A DNA stretch of 46,358 bases from an uncultured Solirubrobacteraceae bacterium (GTDB lineage Bacteria; Actinomycetota; Thermoleophilia; Solirubrobacterales; Solirubrobacteraceae), in contig CAZPQW010000026.1 of NCBI GenBank assembly GCA_964588985.1, positions 1 through 46,358 on the forward strand, in the 5' to 3' direction. Position numbers and translations under genes: made by a program. The notes beneath the pieces were generated by a model. It did no database searches. It had not been told where the DNA came from and worked only from the letters and a program-made list of their open reading frames with translations. Positions 18,717 to 27,929 of this stretch are shown here, in pieces. Each line of letters begins with the position of its first letter. The stretch's first letter is position 1.

Positions 18717-19568
18717 ATGGCTCTCCAACGCGGGACACCAGCCCGTGAGGCGCTCGACGGCGCGATCACAGCGATCACGGCCGCCGGATGCGAAACCCCG
18801 CGGCTGGACGCCGAAATACTGCTCGCACACGCGCTCGGCGTGCCCCGCGAGCGGCTGATCACGCACCCGGACACGAGCGTCGAAGGTCCAGCTGTGCGCG
18901 CGTTCCAGGACGCGGTGCGCCGCCGCGCGGTGCTGCGCGAGCCGGTCGCCTACATCCTCGGCAAGCGCGGGTTCAGGCGCCTGGAGCTCGCGGTGGACGC
19001 GCGCGCGCTCGTGCCGCGACCGGAGACGGAGCTGCTCGTCGAGGTCGGCCTGTCGTTGCCTGAGGGCGCGCGCGTGCTCGACCTCGGCACGGGCAGCGGC
19101 GCGGTGGCGCTCGCGCTGAAGGACGAGCGCCCGGACCTGGACGTGACGGGCAGCGACGTGAGCGAGGCCGCGCTCGAGCTCGCGCGGGCCAACGGCCGCA
19201 CGCTCGATCTCGAGGTGAGCTGGCTTCACGCCGACCTGCTGACCGGTATGGCGGACGAGTTCGACGCGGTCCTCTCCAACCCGCCGTACGTCGCCGACGG
19301 CGACCGCGCGAGCCTCGCTCCGGAGATCGTGCGCCACGAGCCCGCCGGCGCGCTGTTCGCGGGCGTTGACGGGCTGGACGCGATCCGCGCGCTGGCCGAG
19401 CAGCTCGCCACACGTGGGCGGGTGGCGCTGGTGGCCCTGGAGATCGGTGCGGGCCAGACGCAGGCGGTGCAGGAGCTGATCCGCGGAGCCGGCTTCCCTA
19501 ACGTGCGACCCGAGCGCGACCTCGCGGGGATCGAGCGTGTGATCGTCGGGGAGCGTTCCGCGCGATGA
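18717..19568 (+). CDS. prmC: Release factor glutamine methyltransferase PrmC/HemK
   Basis: REPVAYILG, LVPRPETELLVE, LDLGTGSGA, SNPPY. True start about ATG 18717; the longer track ORF overlaps prfA. Confidence 0.95.
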   Translation: MALQRGTPAREALDGAITAITAAGCETPRLDAEILLAHALGVPRERLITHPDTSVEGPAVRAFQDAVRRRAVLREPVAYILGKRGFRRLELAVDARALVPRPETELLVEVGLSLPEGARVLDLGTGSGAVALALKDERPDLDVTGSDVSEAALELARANGRTLDLEVSWLHADLLTGMADEFDAVLSNPPYVADGDRASLAPEIVRHEPAGALFAGVDGLDAIRALAEQLATRGRVALVALEIGAGQTQAVQELIRGAGFPNVRPERDLAGIERVIVGERSAR

Positions 19569-20200
19569 GCGCCGCGAAGCTCACGGCCGCGGACGCCGAG
19601 CGGCTGCGGGAATGCGCGTCGAGCGGCGGCGTGGCGGTGTTCCCCGCGGACACCGTGTACGGGGTCTGCTGCGACCCTGACGATGCGGCCGCTGCGGCGC
19701 GCCTGTACGAATTGAAGGGGCGCCCGCCCGAGCGCCCCGCGGCGGTCATGTTCTTCGCACTGTCGGCCGCGCTGGAGGCCCTGGCGGAGCTGGAGGGGGT
19801 CGAGCGTGCGGCTTTGGAAACGCTGCTGCCCGGCCCCGTGACGCTGTTGCTGCCCAACCGGCATCGCCGCTTCGCGCCTGCCTGTGGGCCCGACCCAGAG
19901 ACCTTCGGGCTGCGAGTACCGCAGCTCCCGGACGCGCTCGCGGCATTGCGCTCGGTGGACGTGCCCGTGATGCAGTCGAGCGCCAACCTCTCCGGCGCAT
20001 CCGACGCACGCACGCTCGCCGAGGTGCCCCTGTCGATACGCGAGGGCGCCGATCTGGTGCTCGACGGCGGCGAGCTGCCAGGCACGCCGTCGACCGTGAT
20101 CGACCTGCGCGACTACGCCGCGACCGGCGGGTGGAGCGTGATACGCGAGGGCGCGCTGCCGAGCGAAGCGGTCGAGCGGATGCTCGCGAGTGCGTGCTGA
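19565..20200 (+). CDS. tsaC: L-threonylcarbamoyladenylate synthase (TsaC/Sua5/YrdC family)
   Basis: FPADTVYG, LKGRP, LLPGPVTL, SSANLSG, PSTVID, IREGA. Follows prmC as in the conserved gene order. Confidence 0.9.
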   Translation: MSAAKLTAADAERLRECASSGGVAVFPADTVYGVCCDPDDAAAAARLYELKGRPPERPAAVMFFALSAALEALAELEGVERAALETLLPGPVTLLLPNRHRRFAPACGPDPETFGLRVPQLPDALAALRSVDVPVMQSSANLSGASDARTLAEVPLSIREGADLVLDGGELPGTPSTVIDLRDYAATGGWSVIREGALPSEAVERMLASAC

Positions 20201-20237
20201 GCTGCGGAGATCCTGCGCCCCTGCTAGCCTCGTGACA

Positions 20238-20311
20238 GCTGCCGCAACTGGCGCCCTGAGGTGGAAACGACCACCGGGAAGCGGTCAGCGCACCCGCCGC
20301 GCGCCTGGGCA
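20238..20311 (+). ncRNA. ZMP/ZTP (pfl) riboswitch upstream of glyA
   Basis: P1 GCTGCCGC(20238-45)/GCGGTCAGC(20281-89), conserved ACTGGCG, P2 GGTGG/CCACC, GGGAAGCG, and 3' hairpin GCC..CGCCTGGGCA whose CGCC can pair with GGCG (pseudoknot). -10 TAGCCT at 20225-30. glyA is a known target class. Confidence 0.92.
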
Positions 20312-20344
20312 CCGAAGTCTTCGTCGCCTGCCAAGGAGAGCGCC

Positions 20345-21643
20345 GTGAACGAGCTGAGCCCCGACTACTTCAACCGCCCGCTTGCCGAGGTGGACCCCGA
20401 GATCGCCGCGGCTTTGAGCGGCGAGCTCGAGCGTCAGCAGAGCACGCTGGAGATGATCGCCTCCGAGAACTTCGTCCCGCGCGCGGTGCTCGAATGCCAG
20501 GGCTCGGTGCTGACGAACAAGTACGCCGAGGGATATCCCGGACGCCGCTACTACGGCGGCTGCGAGTGGGTGGACGTCTCCGAGCAACTCGCGATCGACC
20601 GCGCGAAGGCGCTGTTCGGCGCCGAGCACGCGAACGTACAGCCGCACTCGGGCGCGCAGGCCAACACCGCCGTCTACCACGCGCTGCTGCAGCCGGGCGA
20701 CACGATCATGGGCCTGTCGCTCGCCCACGGCGGGCACCTCACGCACGGCATGAAGATCAACGTGTCCGGGCGCCTGTACGACATCGCCGCATACGAGGTC
20801 GACCGTGACAGCAGCCTGATCGACATGGACGAGGTCGCGCGCATCGCGCGCGAGCGCAAACCGAAGATGCTGCTCGCGGGCTGGTCGGCCTACCCGCGCC
20901 AGCTCGACTTCAAGCGCTTCCGCGAGATCGCCGACGAGGTCGGCGCGCTGCTGATGGTCGACATGGCCCACTTCGCCGGCCTGGTCGCCGCGGGACTGCA
21001 CCCCAACCCGGTGGAGCACGGCGCCGACGTGGTCACCACGACCACGCACAAGACGCTCGGCGGCCCGCGCGCGGGAGTGATCCTCTGCAAGGAGGAGTAC
21101 GCGAAGAAGATCGACTCGGCGGTATTCCCCGGCCAGCAGGGAGGCCCGCTCGAGCACGTGATCGCGGCGAAGGCGGTGGCGTTCAAGATCGCCGCGAGCG
21201 AGCTGTTCGCCGAGCGCCAGTGCCGCACCGTCGCGGGCGCCCAGGCGCTCGCGCAGGAGCTGTTGAAGGCCGGTCACGGCGTCAATGTCCTCACCGGCGG
21301 CACCGACGTGCACCTGACGCTCGTGGACCTACGCGACAGCGACCCCGCGCTGAGCGGCAAGCAGGCCGAGGACCGACTGCACGAGATCCAGATCACGGTC
21401 AACCGCAACGCCGTCCCGTTCGACCCGCGCCCGCCGATGGAGGCCTCCGGCCTGCGCATCGGCACGCCCGCGCTTGCGACCCGTGGCCTGCAGCAGGAGG
21501 ACTTCGTGGAGGTCGGCGAGATCCTCGCGGTGGCGCTCACGCCCGAATACGAGGCGCGTCGCGACGAGCTGGCAGAGCGCGTGGGCGCGATTGTGGAGCG
21601 CTACCCGCTTTACGAGGGGCTCCCCGCGCCCACGCTCGCGTAA
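20345..21643 (+). CDS. glyA: Serine hydroxymethyltransferase
   Basis: [43 protein letters not shown] (PLP Lys), [16 protein letters not shown] before GTG 20345. Confidence 0.98.
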   Translation: MNELSPDYFNRPLAEVDPEIAAALSGELERQQSTLEMIASENFVPRAVLECQGSVLTNKYAEGYPGRRYYGGCEWVDVSEQLAIDRAKALFGAEHANVQPHSGAQANTAVYHALLQPGDTIMGLSLAHGGHLTHGMKINVSGRLYDIAAYEVDRDSSLIDMDEVARIARERKPKMLLAGWSAYPRQLDFKRFREIADEVGALLMVDMAHFAGLVAAGLHPNPVEHGADVVTTTTHKTLGGPRAGVILCKEEYAKKIDSAVFPGQQGGPLEHVIAAKAVAFKIAASELFAERQCRTVAGAQALAQELLKAGHGVNVLTGGTDVHLTLVDLRDSDPALSGKQAEDRLHEIQITVNRNAVPFDPRPPMEASGLRIGTPALATRGLQQEDFVEVGEILAVALTPEYEARRDELAERVGAIVERYPLYEGLPAPTLA

Positions 21644-21705
21644 GAGTCTGTTCCCAGCATCTTTGACACGGCGACCTCGGCGCCTGCGATGCTGTGCCTG
21701 ACTCG

Positions 21706-23070
21706 ATGGCGCATCCAACCGAGCTCGACGCGCTTTATGCCTTCCTGGTCGCCGCGGCCGTGACCGCGCTGCTGACCCCACTGACCATGCGCTTTGCACG
21801 GAGCGTCGGCGCGATCGACGAGCCGCGCGCTCGCGGGCTGTCGAGCCGGCCCACGCCCTTGCTCGGGGGCCTTGCGATCTTCGCCGGCGCGCTCGTCGCC
21901 GGCCTGATCTGGCTGCCCGCCGGATATCCGGCCGGACCCGCCAGCACGGCGCCGCGGCTGTGGCACGGCGTGCTGCTCGGCGCGGGGATCATCACGCTCG
22001 TCGGCGCGCTCGACGACCGCTTCGACCTGCACCCCGCGATGAAGCTCGCGGGCCAGGTGATCGCGGCGGTCGTGGTGGTGCACTTCGGCGTGGCGGTGAA
22101 GGCGATCACGCTTCCGTTCGTCGGCCTGCTCTCGTTCCCCAACGCGGGCGTTACGAACGCCGGTCCGGTGCTGACGGTGATCGCGCTCGTGGCGATGATG
22201 AACGTGGTCAACTTCTCCGACGGCGTGGACGGTCTCGCGGCGGGCGTGTGCGCGATCATCGCCGCCGCGATGGCGGTTATCGCGTTCGACCTCGATCGCC
22301 AGCCCCCCGGCGTGCTCGCCGCGATCACGGCCGGCGCGGCGGTCGGCTTCCTCGTGTTCAACTTCCCGCCCGCGTCGAGCTTCATGGGCGACTGCGGCGC
22401 GAACCTGCTCGGGATGCTGATGGGCGTGATCACGATCGAGGCGGCGGTCAAGACGACCGCGGTGCTGTCGTTCGTGCTGCCGCTGATCCTGCTCGCGGTG
22501 CCATTCCTCGACACCACCTTCGTGGTGCTCAAGCGCCTGAAGTACAAGCAGGCGATCTACCGGCCGGACAACGAGCACTTCCACCACCGCATGGCGCGCA
22601 TCGGCTTCTCCAGTAGGCGCACTATCGCCTATCTCTACACGTGGACGCTGATGCTCGCGGGGCTCGCGCTCGCGCTGCGCTTCGTCCCCTACAGCGACCA
22701 CAAAGGGCACCTGCACACCGGCTGGGCGCTGGTGATGCTCGGCATCGGCCTGCTCGTGGCGGCCGCCAGCGTGTACCTCGTCTACGTGCTCGAGATCCTC
22801 AAGTTCAGGCGCCTGGATTCGATGCGGCTGCGGCGTCTAAGGCCGGAGGCCTCACCAGCGGAGATCGAGCTGGACGTGACGAAGAATCTGGAAACCGGTG
22901 AATTTGACGCGGTGGCGTACGCCGGGGACCTTGAGGTGCAGGTGCGTGACGACACGGTGGTTGGCGGGGCTGAGCAGCGGATCGGCGAGCGACAGGTGGA
23001 TGAGGACGGCGTACGCGCAGAACAGGAGCGTGGCGGCGAGCAGGCGCCGATCGCCGCTGACGGCCGCTAG
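21706..23070 (+). CDS. wecA: Polyprenyl-phosphate alpha-N-acetylglucosaminyl 1-phosphate transferase (WecA/TagO/Rfe, MraY-like family)
   Basis: TPLLGGLAI, GALDD, NVVNFSDGVDGLA, FNFPPASSFMGDCG, VPFLDT, HFHH. The last ~50 aa are a low-complexity extension into the antisense gene. Confidence 0.9.
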   Translation: MAHPTELDALYAFLVAAAVTALLTPLTMRFARSVGAIDEPRARGLSSRPTPLLGGLAIFAGALVAGLIWLPAGYPAGPASTAPRLWHGVLLGAGIITLVGALDDRFDLHPAMKLAGQVIAAVVVVHFGVAVKAITLPFVGLLSFPNAGVTNAGPVLTVIALVAMMNVVNFSDGVDGLAAGVCAIIAAAMAVIAFDLDRQPPGVLAAITAGAAVGFLVFNFPPASSFMGDCGANLLGMLMGVITIEAAVKTTAVLSFVLPLILLAVPFLDTTFVVLKRLKYKQAIYRPDNEHFHHRMARIGFSSRRTIAYLYTWTLMLAGLALALRFVPYSDHKGHLHTGWALVMLGIGLLVAAASVYLVYVLEILKFRRLDSMRLRRLRPEASPAEIELDVTKNLETGEFDAVAYAGDLEVQVRDDTVVGGAEQRIGERQVDEDGVRAEQERGGEQAPIAADGR

Positions 23071-24261
23071 CGGCAACAGCCAGATCGCATACCACGGCAG
23101 CAGCCACGCGGTGGACAACAGCAGCGCAAGCGTCGTCCATCCCGCCGCCACACGCCAGTCCGCGCCGCGCGCTGTGCGCCACAGAGCGCCCGCCAGCACG
23201 ATCAGGAAGCCCGCGACGAACAGATGGCGCCACCAGGTCGGCGTGCCGCTGAGGCCCACCAGGCGCGCGGTCTCCGCGGGGATGCTGTGGGTGGCCACCA
23301 GCTGCTGCTGCTCGCCGACCGCGTCGAGGAAGCCGAGAGCGTGCACGCCGAAGCCGACCACGCCGATCGCGAGCAGCGCGAGCATGCCGAGCGCGACGCT
23401 CGCCAGCGCCGCGAGGCGCTCGCGGCGAAGCGGCGACGCGAGCACGAGGAACGGCAGTACGAGACCCGCGGTCAGCTTCACCCCCACACCCACCGCGAGC
23501 ACGCCCGCCGCGGCGCGTAGGCGTGGGCTCGTTCCAGCGCTGAGCGCGAGCGCGAGCGCGAGCAGGGCCATGACGAGCGTGTCGTTGTGCGCGCCTCCGA
23601 CGGCCAGCACGAGCAGCACTGGGTTGAGCCCGACGAAGCTCGCCGCCCAGCGGCCGCTGCGTCCGAGCCTGTGCACCGTGCGCCCGATCAGAGCGACCGC
23701 CGCGAGGCTCGAGAGCGCCGCGACGGCCTTGAACGCCCACAGCCCGCTCGCGAGCCCGAGCGGCGCGGTCGCGTAGCTGGCGAGCGTGAACAGCGGGCCG
23801 TAGGGGGAGTGCTGAAACGGCCAGCCCACGAACGGGAAGACCCTGTCGGTGGGCGCTTCGGCGGCGAAGTGCGTGTAGGGGTCGAGGCCGTGCAGCGCGC
23901 CCATGCGCGCGAACGCGAGGTAGCCGAACACGTCCTGAGAGATCAGCGGCGGTCCGAGCAGCAGGATCGCGTGGGCGAGCACGATCGCTCCCGCGAGCGC
24001 GCCCACCGGCAGTCGCCGCGCGCTCGCCAGCACGAGCGCGTAGCTCGCGCACATGAGGAGCGTGAGGGTCTGGAAGCCTCCACTGCCGAGATCCACGCCG
24101 AGGCCGTGCCACGGGCCCGCGAGCCACGCCGGCCAGCCGCCGCTGCGCGCGGGCACATACTGCGTCGGCGCCGACGCCGCTCCCGCGCTGATCAGCAGCA
24201 CGGTCGTGAGGATTCCGAGCAGCCCCACCGCTCCGATCGCCCCCGCGACACCCGCGGGCAT
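22852..24261 (-). CDS. GT-C fold polyprenol-phosphate-sugar-dependent glycosyltransferase (MptA/MptB-like alpha-1,6-mannosyltransferase, DUF2029/GT87-like)
   Basis: PPLISQDVFGY, GLDPY, SPYGPLF, NPVLL..VGGAHND, GVKL, LLPWYAIWLLP; about 11 TM segments. The start may lie further upstream. Confidence 0.85.
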   Translation of the reverse strand: MPAGVAGAIGAVGLLGILTTVLLISAGAASAPTQYVPARSGGWPAWLAGPWHGLGVDLGSGGFQTLTLLMCASYALVLASARRLPVGALAGAIVLAHAILLLGPPLISQDVFGYLAFARMGALHGLDPYTHFAAEAPTDRVFPFVGWPFQHSPYGPLFTLASYATAPLGLASGLWAFKAVAALSSLAAVALIGRTVHRLGRSGRWAASFVGLNPVLLVLAVGGAHNDTLVMALLALALALSAGTSPRLRAAAGVLAVGVGVKLTAGLVLPFLVLASPLRRERLAALASVALGMLALLAIGVVGFGVHALGFLDAVGEQQQLVATHSIPAETARLVGLSGTPTWWRHLFVAGFLIVLAGALWRTARGADWRVAAGWTTLALLLSTAWLLPWYAIWLLPLAAVSGDRRLLAATLLFCAYAVLIHLSLADPLLSPANHRVVTHLHLKVPGVRHRVKFTGFQILRHVQLDLRW

Positions 24262-24482
24262 GCGTGTGTCTCCCGCCGTGATCGGCGCGGTTGGCGTCCT
24301 CTCGGCGGTCTCGACCCGGGATGTGGGAGTGGCGGCGAGGATGAGAGCATTGTTACCTCTGCAGGCTGGCGGGTGTCCCCCGCGGCCGGTACCCTGTAGG
24401 CACAGCTGCGCCTGCCGGGGGCTCCCGTGCGTGGGCGCATGCCTGCGCTGAACCGCCCCGTCCGGGCGCGCTCAACCCCCTT

Positions 24483-26465
24483 ATGCGACGTCGCCAACGC
24501 CAACGCAGCAACTCGCTCCGGACCCCCGGGCCGACGCGCGTTCTGATCCTGTCCGCCGACGTCGGCGAGGGTCACGCGGCGGCCGCACGCGCGCTGGCGC
24601 AGCAGATCGAGGCCTCGCCCGAGCCGGCGGAGGTGAACATCATCGACGGGCTCGCCGCGATGGGGCCGCTGCTGCGCCCCGTGGTCGAGGACGGATATCG
24701 CGTGCAGCTGCGCTTCTTTCCCTGGACGTACACCGTCGTCTACTGGCTGCTCGAGCACGTCATTCCGGTGCGCCTGCTCGCTCGCCGCCTGCTGTGCTCC
24801 CTCGGCGCGCGCCCGCTGGCGCGCACGATCGACGAATACGAGCCCGACGTGATCGTGTCCACCTACCCGGCTGTCACGGTCGTACTCTCGAAGCTGCGCC
24901 GCACCAGCGTCGTGCGCTGTCCCACGATCGCGACGATCACCGACCTCACCGGCCTGTTCTTCTGGGCTCAGCGAGGGATCGACATGCACCTGGTGATGTA
25001 CGGCGAGTCGATGTCGCTGGTCGAGCAGATCGCGGGGGAGGGCAGCGTGCAGCTCGTGCGCCCGCTGATCTCGGCCGAGTTCCTGCAGCCGCGCTCCTCC
25101 GCCGAGGCCCGCCGCGCGCTCGATCTGCCCGAGGAGGGCCGCATGGTGGTCGTCTCCGGCGGAGGCTGGGGAGTTGGCGACGTGGTGGGCGCTGTGCGCG
25201 AGTTCACGAAGGTGCCCGAGATCACGAGCATCGTCTGCCTGGCCGGCCGCAACGAGCAGCTCGAGGAGAAGCTCACCTCGATGTTCGCCGAGGAGCCGCA
25301 GGTTCACGTGTACGGGTTCACCGACAGGATGCCCGACCTGCTCGCGGCCGCCGACGTGCTCGTCCACTCCACGGGCGGGGTCACCTGCCTGGAGGCGATG
25401 GCGGCCGGTACGCCGGTGGTCTCCTACGGCCTGCCCGTCGGGCACGCGCGGCTGAACACCCGGGCGATGGCGGACCTCGACCTGCTGCGGCTGGCCAACA
25501 ACACCGACGAGCTGCGCGAACACGTCAAGGCGTGCTTCAAGGGAGAGCCGAGCACATCCGTCGGCTCCACAGACGAGCAGCCGGCTGCGACGTCCGGCCC
25601 CGCGGCGGTCGACGTCGTGCTGGAGGCGCCGCGACGCGTGCGTCCGATCCCGCGCTGGCAGCTGCGAGCCGCGGCGCTCGCCACGTGGGTGGCGCTGCTG
25701 TTCGCGGGCGGCTCTTGGATGATGTCCACCGACGAGGTGACCGCGGTGTGGGCCAAAGTCCTCCACGTCCACGAACTCGTGCACGTCTCGACCAGCCAGC
25801 CGGATGTCGCCTTGATCGTCCACGCTCCCTCGTCGGACATCGTGCCGATCGCGACCGAGCTGGCCGGACGGGGCATCCACGTGTCCTTCGCGGACGACTC
25901 CGGGGTGCCGTCGCTCACCCGCATCGAGCAGCTGCGCCAGCTCGGAGACGAGCTGCTGCCCGAAGTGCCCGAACCGGCGTTGCTGCGTTGGGTGCGCACG
26001 CGCGCGGCGCTGCGCTCACAGGCACGCGCGCTCGGCCTGCACCACCACTTCTACTACCTGCGTCCCCAGGGCGGCCTGTCGGTTGGGCAGCTCGTGCTGG
26101 CGCGCACCGACGGGGCGATACCGGTCAAGGGCGCGCTGCGTCTGAGCGCCACCAGCGCGCTGCCTCAGCGCTCGATGCGCGCCGGGGACGTGCTCGTGGT
26201 CGAACTGGACGGGTCCTCGGCGTCGGTGTCGGGCCTCGAACGCATCGTGGGTCGACTCGGGTCGGAGGGGCTCTCGGCGGAGTCGCTCGCGTCGCTCACG
26301 AGGTCCCCCGCCATCAAGGCGAGCAACAGCGGCGAGCGCGCCAGCAGGCCGGCTCCGACGACCAGCAGCGCGAGCGACGCGCACAGCGGGACGCCTCCGA
26401 GCGGAGTCGCGCCGAAGCGCTCGCCGAGCAGCAACGGCGCCAGCACCACCGGCACGACCGTCTGA
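24483..26465 (+). CDS. MGDG-synthase-like (GT28/UgtP) glycosyltransferase fused via a TM helix to a degenerate NodB/CE4-like domain
   Basis: [61 protein letters not shown]. Then [17 protein letters not shown] and a NodB-like scaffold ([37 protein letters not shown]) lacking TFDD and HxxxH. Confidence 0.85.
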   Translation: MRRRQRQRSNSLRTPGPTRVLILSADVGEGHAAAARALAQQIEASPEPAEVNIIDGLAAMGPLLRPVVEDGYRVQLRFFPWTYTVVYWLLEHVIPVRLLARRLLCSLGARPLARTIDEYEPDVIVSTYPAVTVVLSKLRRTSVVRCPTIATITDLTGLFFWAQRGIDMHLVMYGESMSLVEQIAGEGSVQLVRPLISAEFLQPRSSAEARRALDLPEEGRMVVVSGGGWGVGDVVGAVREFTKVPEITSIVCLAGRNEQLEEKLTSMFAEEPQVHVYGFTDRMPDLLAAADVLVHSTGGVTCLEAMAAGTPVVSYGLPVGHARLNTRAMADLDLLRLANNTDELREHVKACFKGEPSTSVGSTDEQPAATSGPAAVDVVLEAPRRVRPIPRWQLRAAALATWVALLFAGGSWMMSTDEVTAVWAKVLHVHELVHVSTSQPDVALIVHAPSSDIVPIATELAGRGIHVSFADDSGVPSLTRIEQLRQLGDELLPEVPEPALLRWVRTRAALRSQARALGLHHHFYYLRPQGGLSVGQLVLARTDGAIPVKGALRLSATSALPQRSMRAGDVLVVELDGSSASVSGLERIVGRLGSEGLSAESLASLTRSPAIKASNSGERASRPAPTTSSASDAHSGTPPSGVAPKRSPSSNGASTTGTTV

Positions 26466-27160
26466 GTCACGAACACCACCGGCGCCACCTGGATCGCGGG
26501 GCGCGACTGCAGCGCGCTCATCTCGCTCAGCAGGCCCACACCGGATGCGGCAGCGGTGCCAAGCGCCCACATGCTGGCGCTGAGCAGGTGGCCGCCGGAC
26601 AGATCGTCGGAGGCGAGCTTCGTCGCCACCCCGCCCCAGCCGATAGCGAGGCCGGCGCCGAGCATCGTCAGCTCCGGGCGCGAGTGTCCGAACGCGCGCA
26701 GCATGTACGGCGCGAGGCTGGCAACTCCCAGGCCGACGAGCACGAGCGTGATCGTCAGCTCCTCGGCGGTGTGGCTGGTGGTGCGTGGCGGTGCGAGCAG
26801 CGCGGCTCCGATCACGCCGAGCACGATCGCGCTCACGGCGAGGTACTCGTAGCGTCCCGCTTTCTCGCCCAGCATCCGCTCGGCGAGCAGCATCAGCACG
26901 AGCAATCCCGCGGCCAACGCAGGCTGCACCACAGCCAACGGTGCGAGCAGCAGCGCCACCACCTGCAGCGGCCAGCCGACGATCGTCAGTCCAGTGCCGA
27001 TCAGCCAGCGTGCTCGCCTGATCAGACTCCAGGCGAGCGCCAGACGCAGGTGCTCCTCGTGCGGGGCCTCCTTGGCATCGGTCGCCTGCAGCGCGATCCC
27101 TAGGCTGTAGAGCGTCGACGCCCCCACCGCCGCTCCGATTCCCAGCACCAGATCGATCAT
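26165..27160 (-). CDS. DMT-superfamily membrane protein (NIPA/Mg-transporter-like, EamA-related)
   Basis: About 9 TM helices; ALQ...WLIG...[16 protein letters not shown] motif typical of actinobacterial NIPA-like DMTs. Start ATG 27160 (TTG 27169 also possible). Confidence 0.82.
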   Translation of the reverse strand: MIDLVLGIGAAVGASTLYSLGIALQATDAKEAPHEEHLRLALAWSLIRRARWLIGTGLTIVGWPLQVVALLLAPLAVVQPALAAGLLVLMLLAERMLGEKAGRYEYLAVSAIVLGVIGAALLAPPRTTSHTAEELTITLVLVGLGVASLAPYMLRAFGHSRPELTMLGAGLAIGWGGVATKLASDDLSGGHLLSASMWALGTAAASGVGLLSEMSALQSRPAIQVAPVVFVTQTVVPVVLAPLLLGERFGATPLGGVPLCASLALLVVGAGLLARSPLLLALMAGDLVSDASDSAESPSDPSRPTMRSRPDTDAEDPSSSTTSTSPARIER

Positions 27161-27878
27161 GTCCACCAACGATCATCGCACTCCCGGAGCTCCGATCACG
27201 GGAGTGCTCGTGGGTGCGACCGCGATCGGCTACATGTTCCCGGCGCTCGCCGGACAGTGGCGGGCGCTGCGCGCGCCGCTCGGGGTGGAGGACCAGACAT
27301 CGAGCGGCGAGGGCTACGCGCTCACGTTCGACGACGGCCCGCACGCGCAGGGCACTCCGGCGGTGCTCGAGATCCTCGCCCGCGAGCAGGTGCCGGCTAC
27401 GTTCTTCCTCGTCGGCGAGCAGGTTCGACGCAACCCCCAGCTGGCCCGCGAGATCGTCGACGCGGGGCACGAGATCGCGTTGCACTGCGACCGCCATCGC
27501 AACCTCCTGCGCCTGGCGCCCTGGCAGGTGCGCGATGACATCGCGCGCGCGCTCGACACGATCGAGACGACCACCGGCCGCTCGCCTCGGTTGTATCGCC
27601 CTCCCTACGGCGTGCTCAACGCGGCCGCGCTGCGCATCGCTCGCGCGCGCGGCTGGCGCACGATGCTGTGGAGCGACTGGGGCCGTGACTGGGAGGCGCG
27701 CGCGACGCCCGAGTCGATCGCGGCGCGACTCACCGACCGTGCGAGCGCGGGCGCGGTGTTGCTGCTGCACGACGCTGACGACTACTCCGCGCCGGGGTCG
27801 TGGAGGCGCACCGCCGCGGCGCTTCCAAGCGTGCTCCAGACGCTGCGCGAACGCGACCTGCAGCCGGCGGATCTCTGA
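27159..27878 (+). CDS. Polysaccharide deacetylase (CE4/NodB), catalytically intact
   Basis: ALTFDDGP, ATFFLVG, GHEIALHCDRH, LYRPPYG, RDW, VLLLHD; N-terminal hydrophobic stretch. Confidence 0.93.
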   Translation: MSTNDHRTPGAPITGVLVGATAIGYMFPALAGQWRALRAPLGVEDQTSSGEGYALTFDDGPHAQGTPAVLEILAREQVPATFFLVGEQVRRNPQLAREIVDAGHEIALHCDRHRNLLRLAPWQVRDDIARALDTIETTTGRSPRLYRPPYGVLNAAALRIARARGWRTMLWSDWGRDWEARATPESIAARLTDRASAGAVLLLHDADDYSAPGSWRRTAAALPSVLQTLRERDLQPADL

Positions 27879-27929
27879 CGCCACAGCGGTTCGATACAGC
27901 GCTGCGCAGGCGTTCGGCGATCTGGCGCT

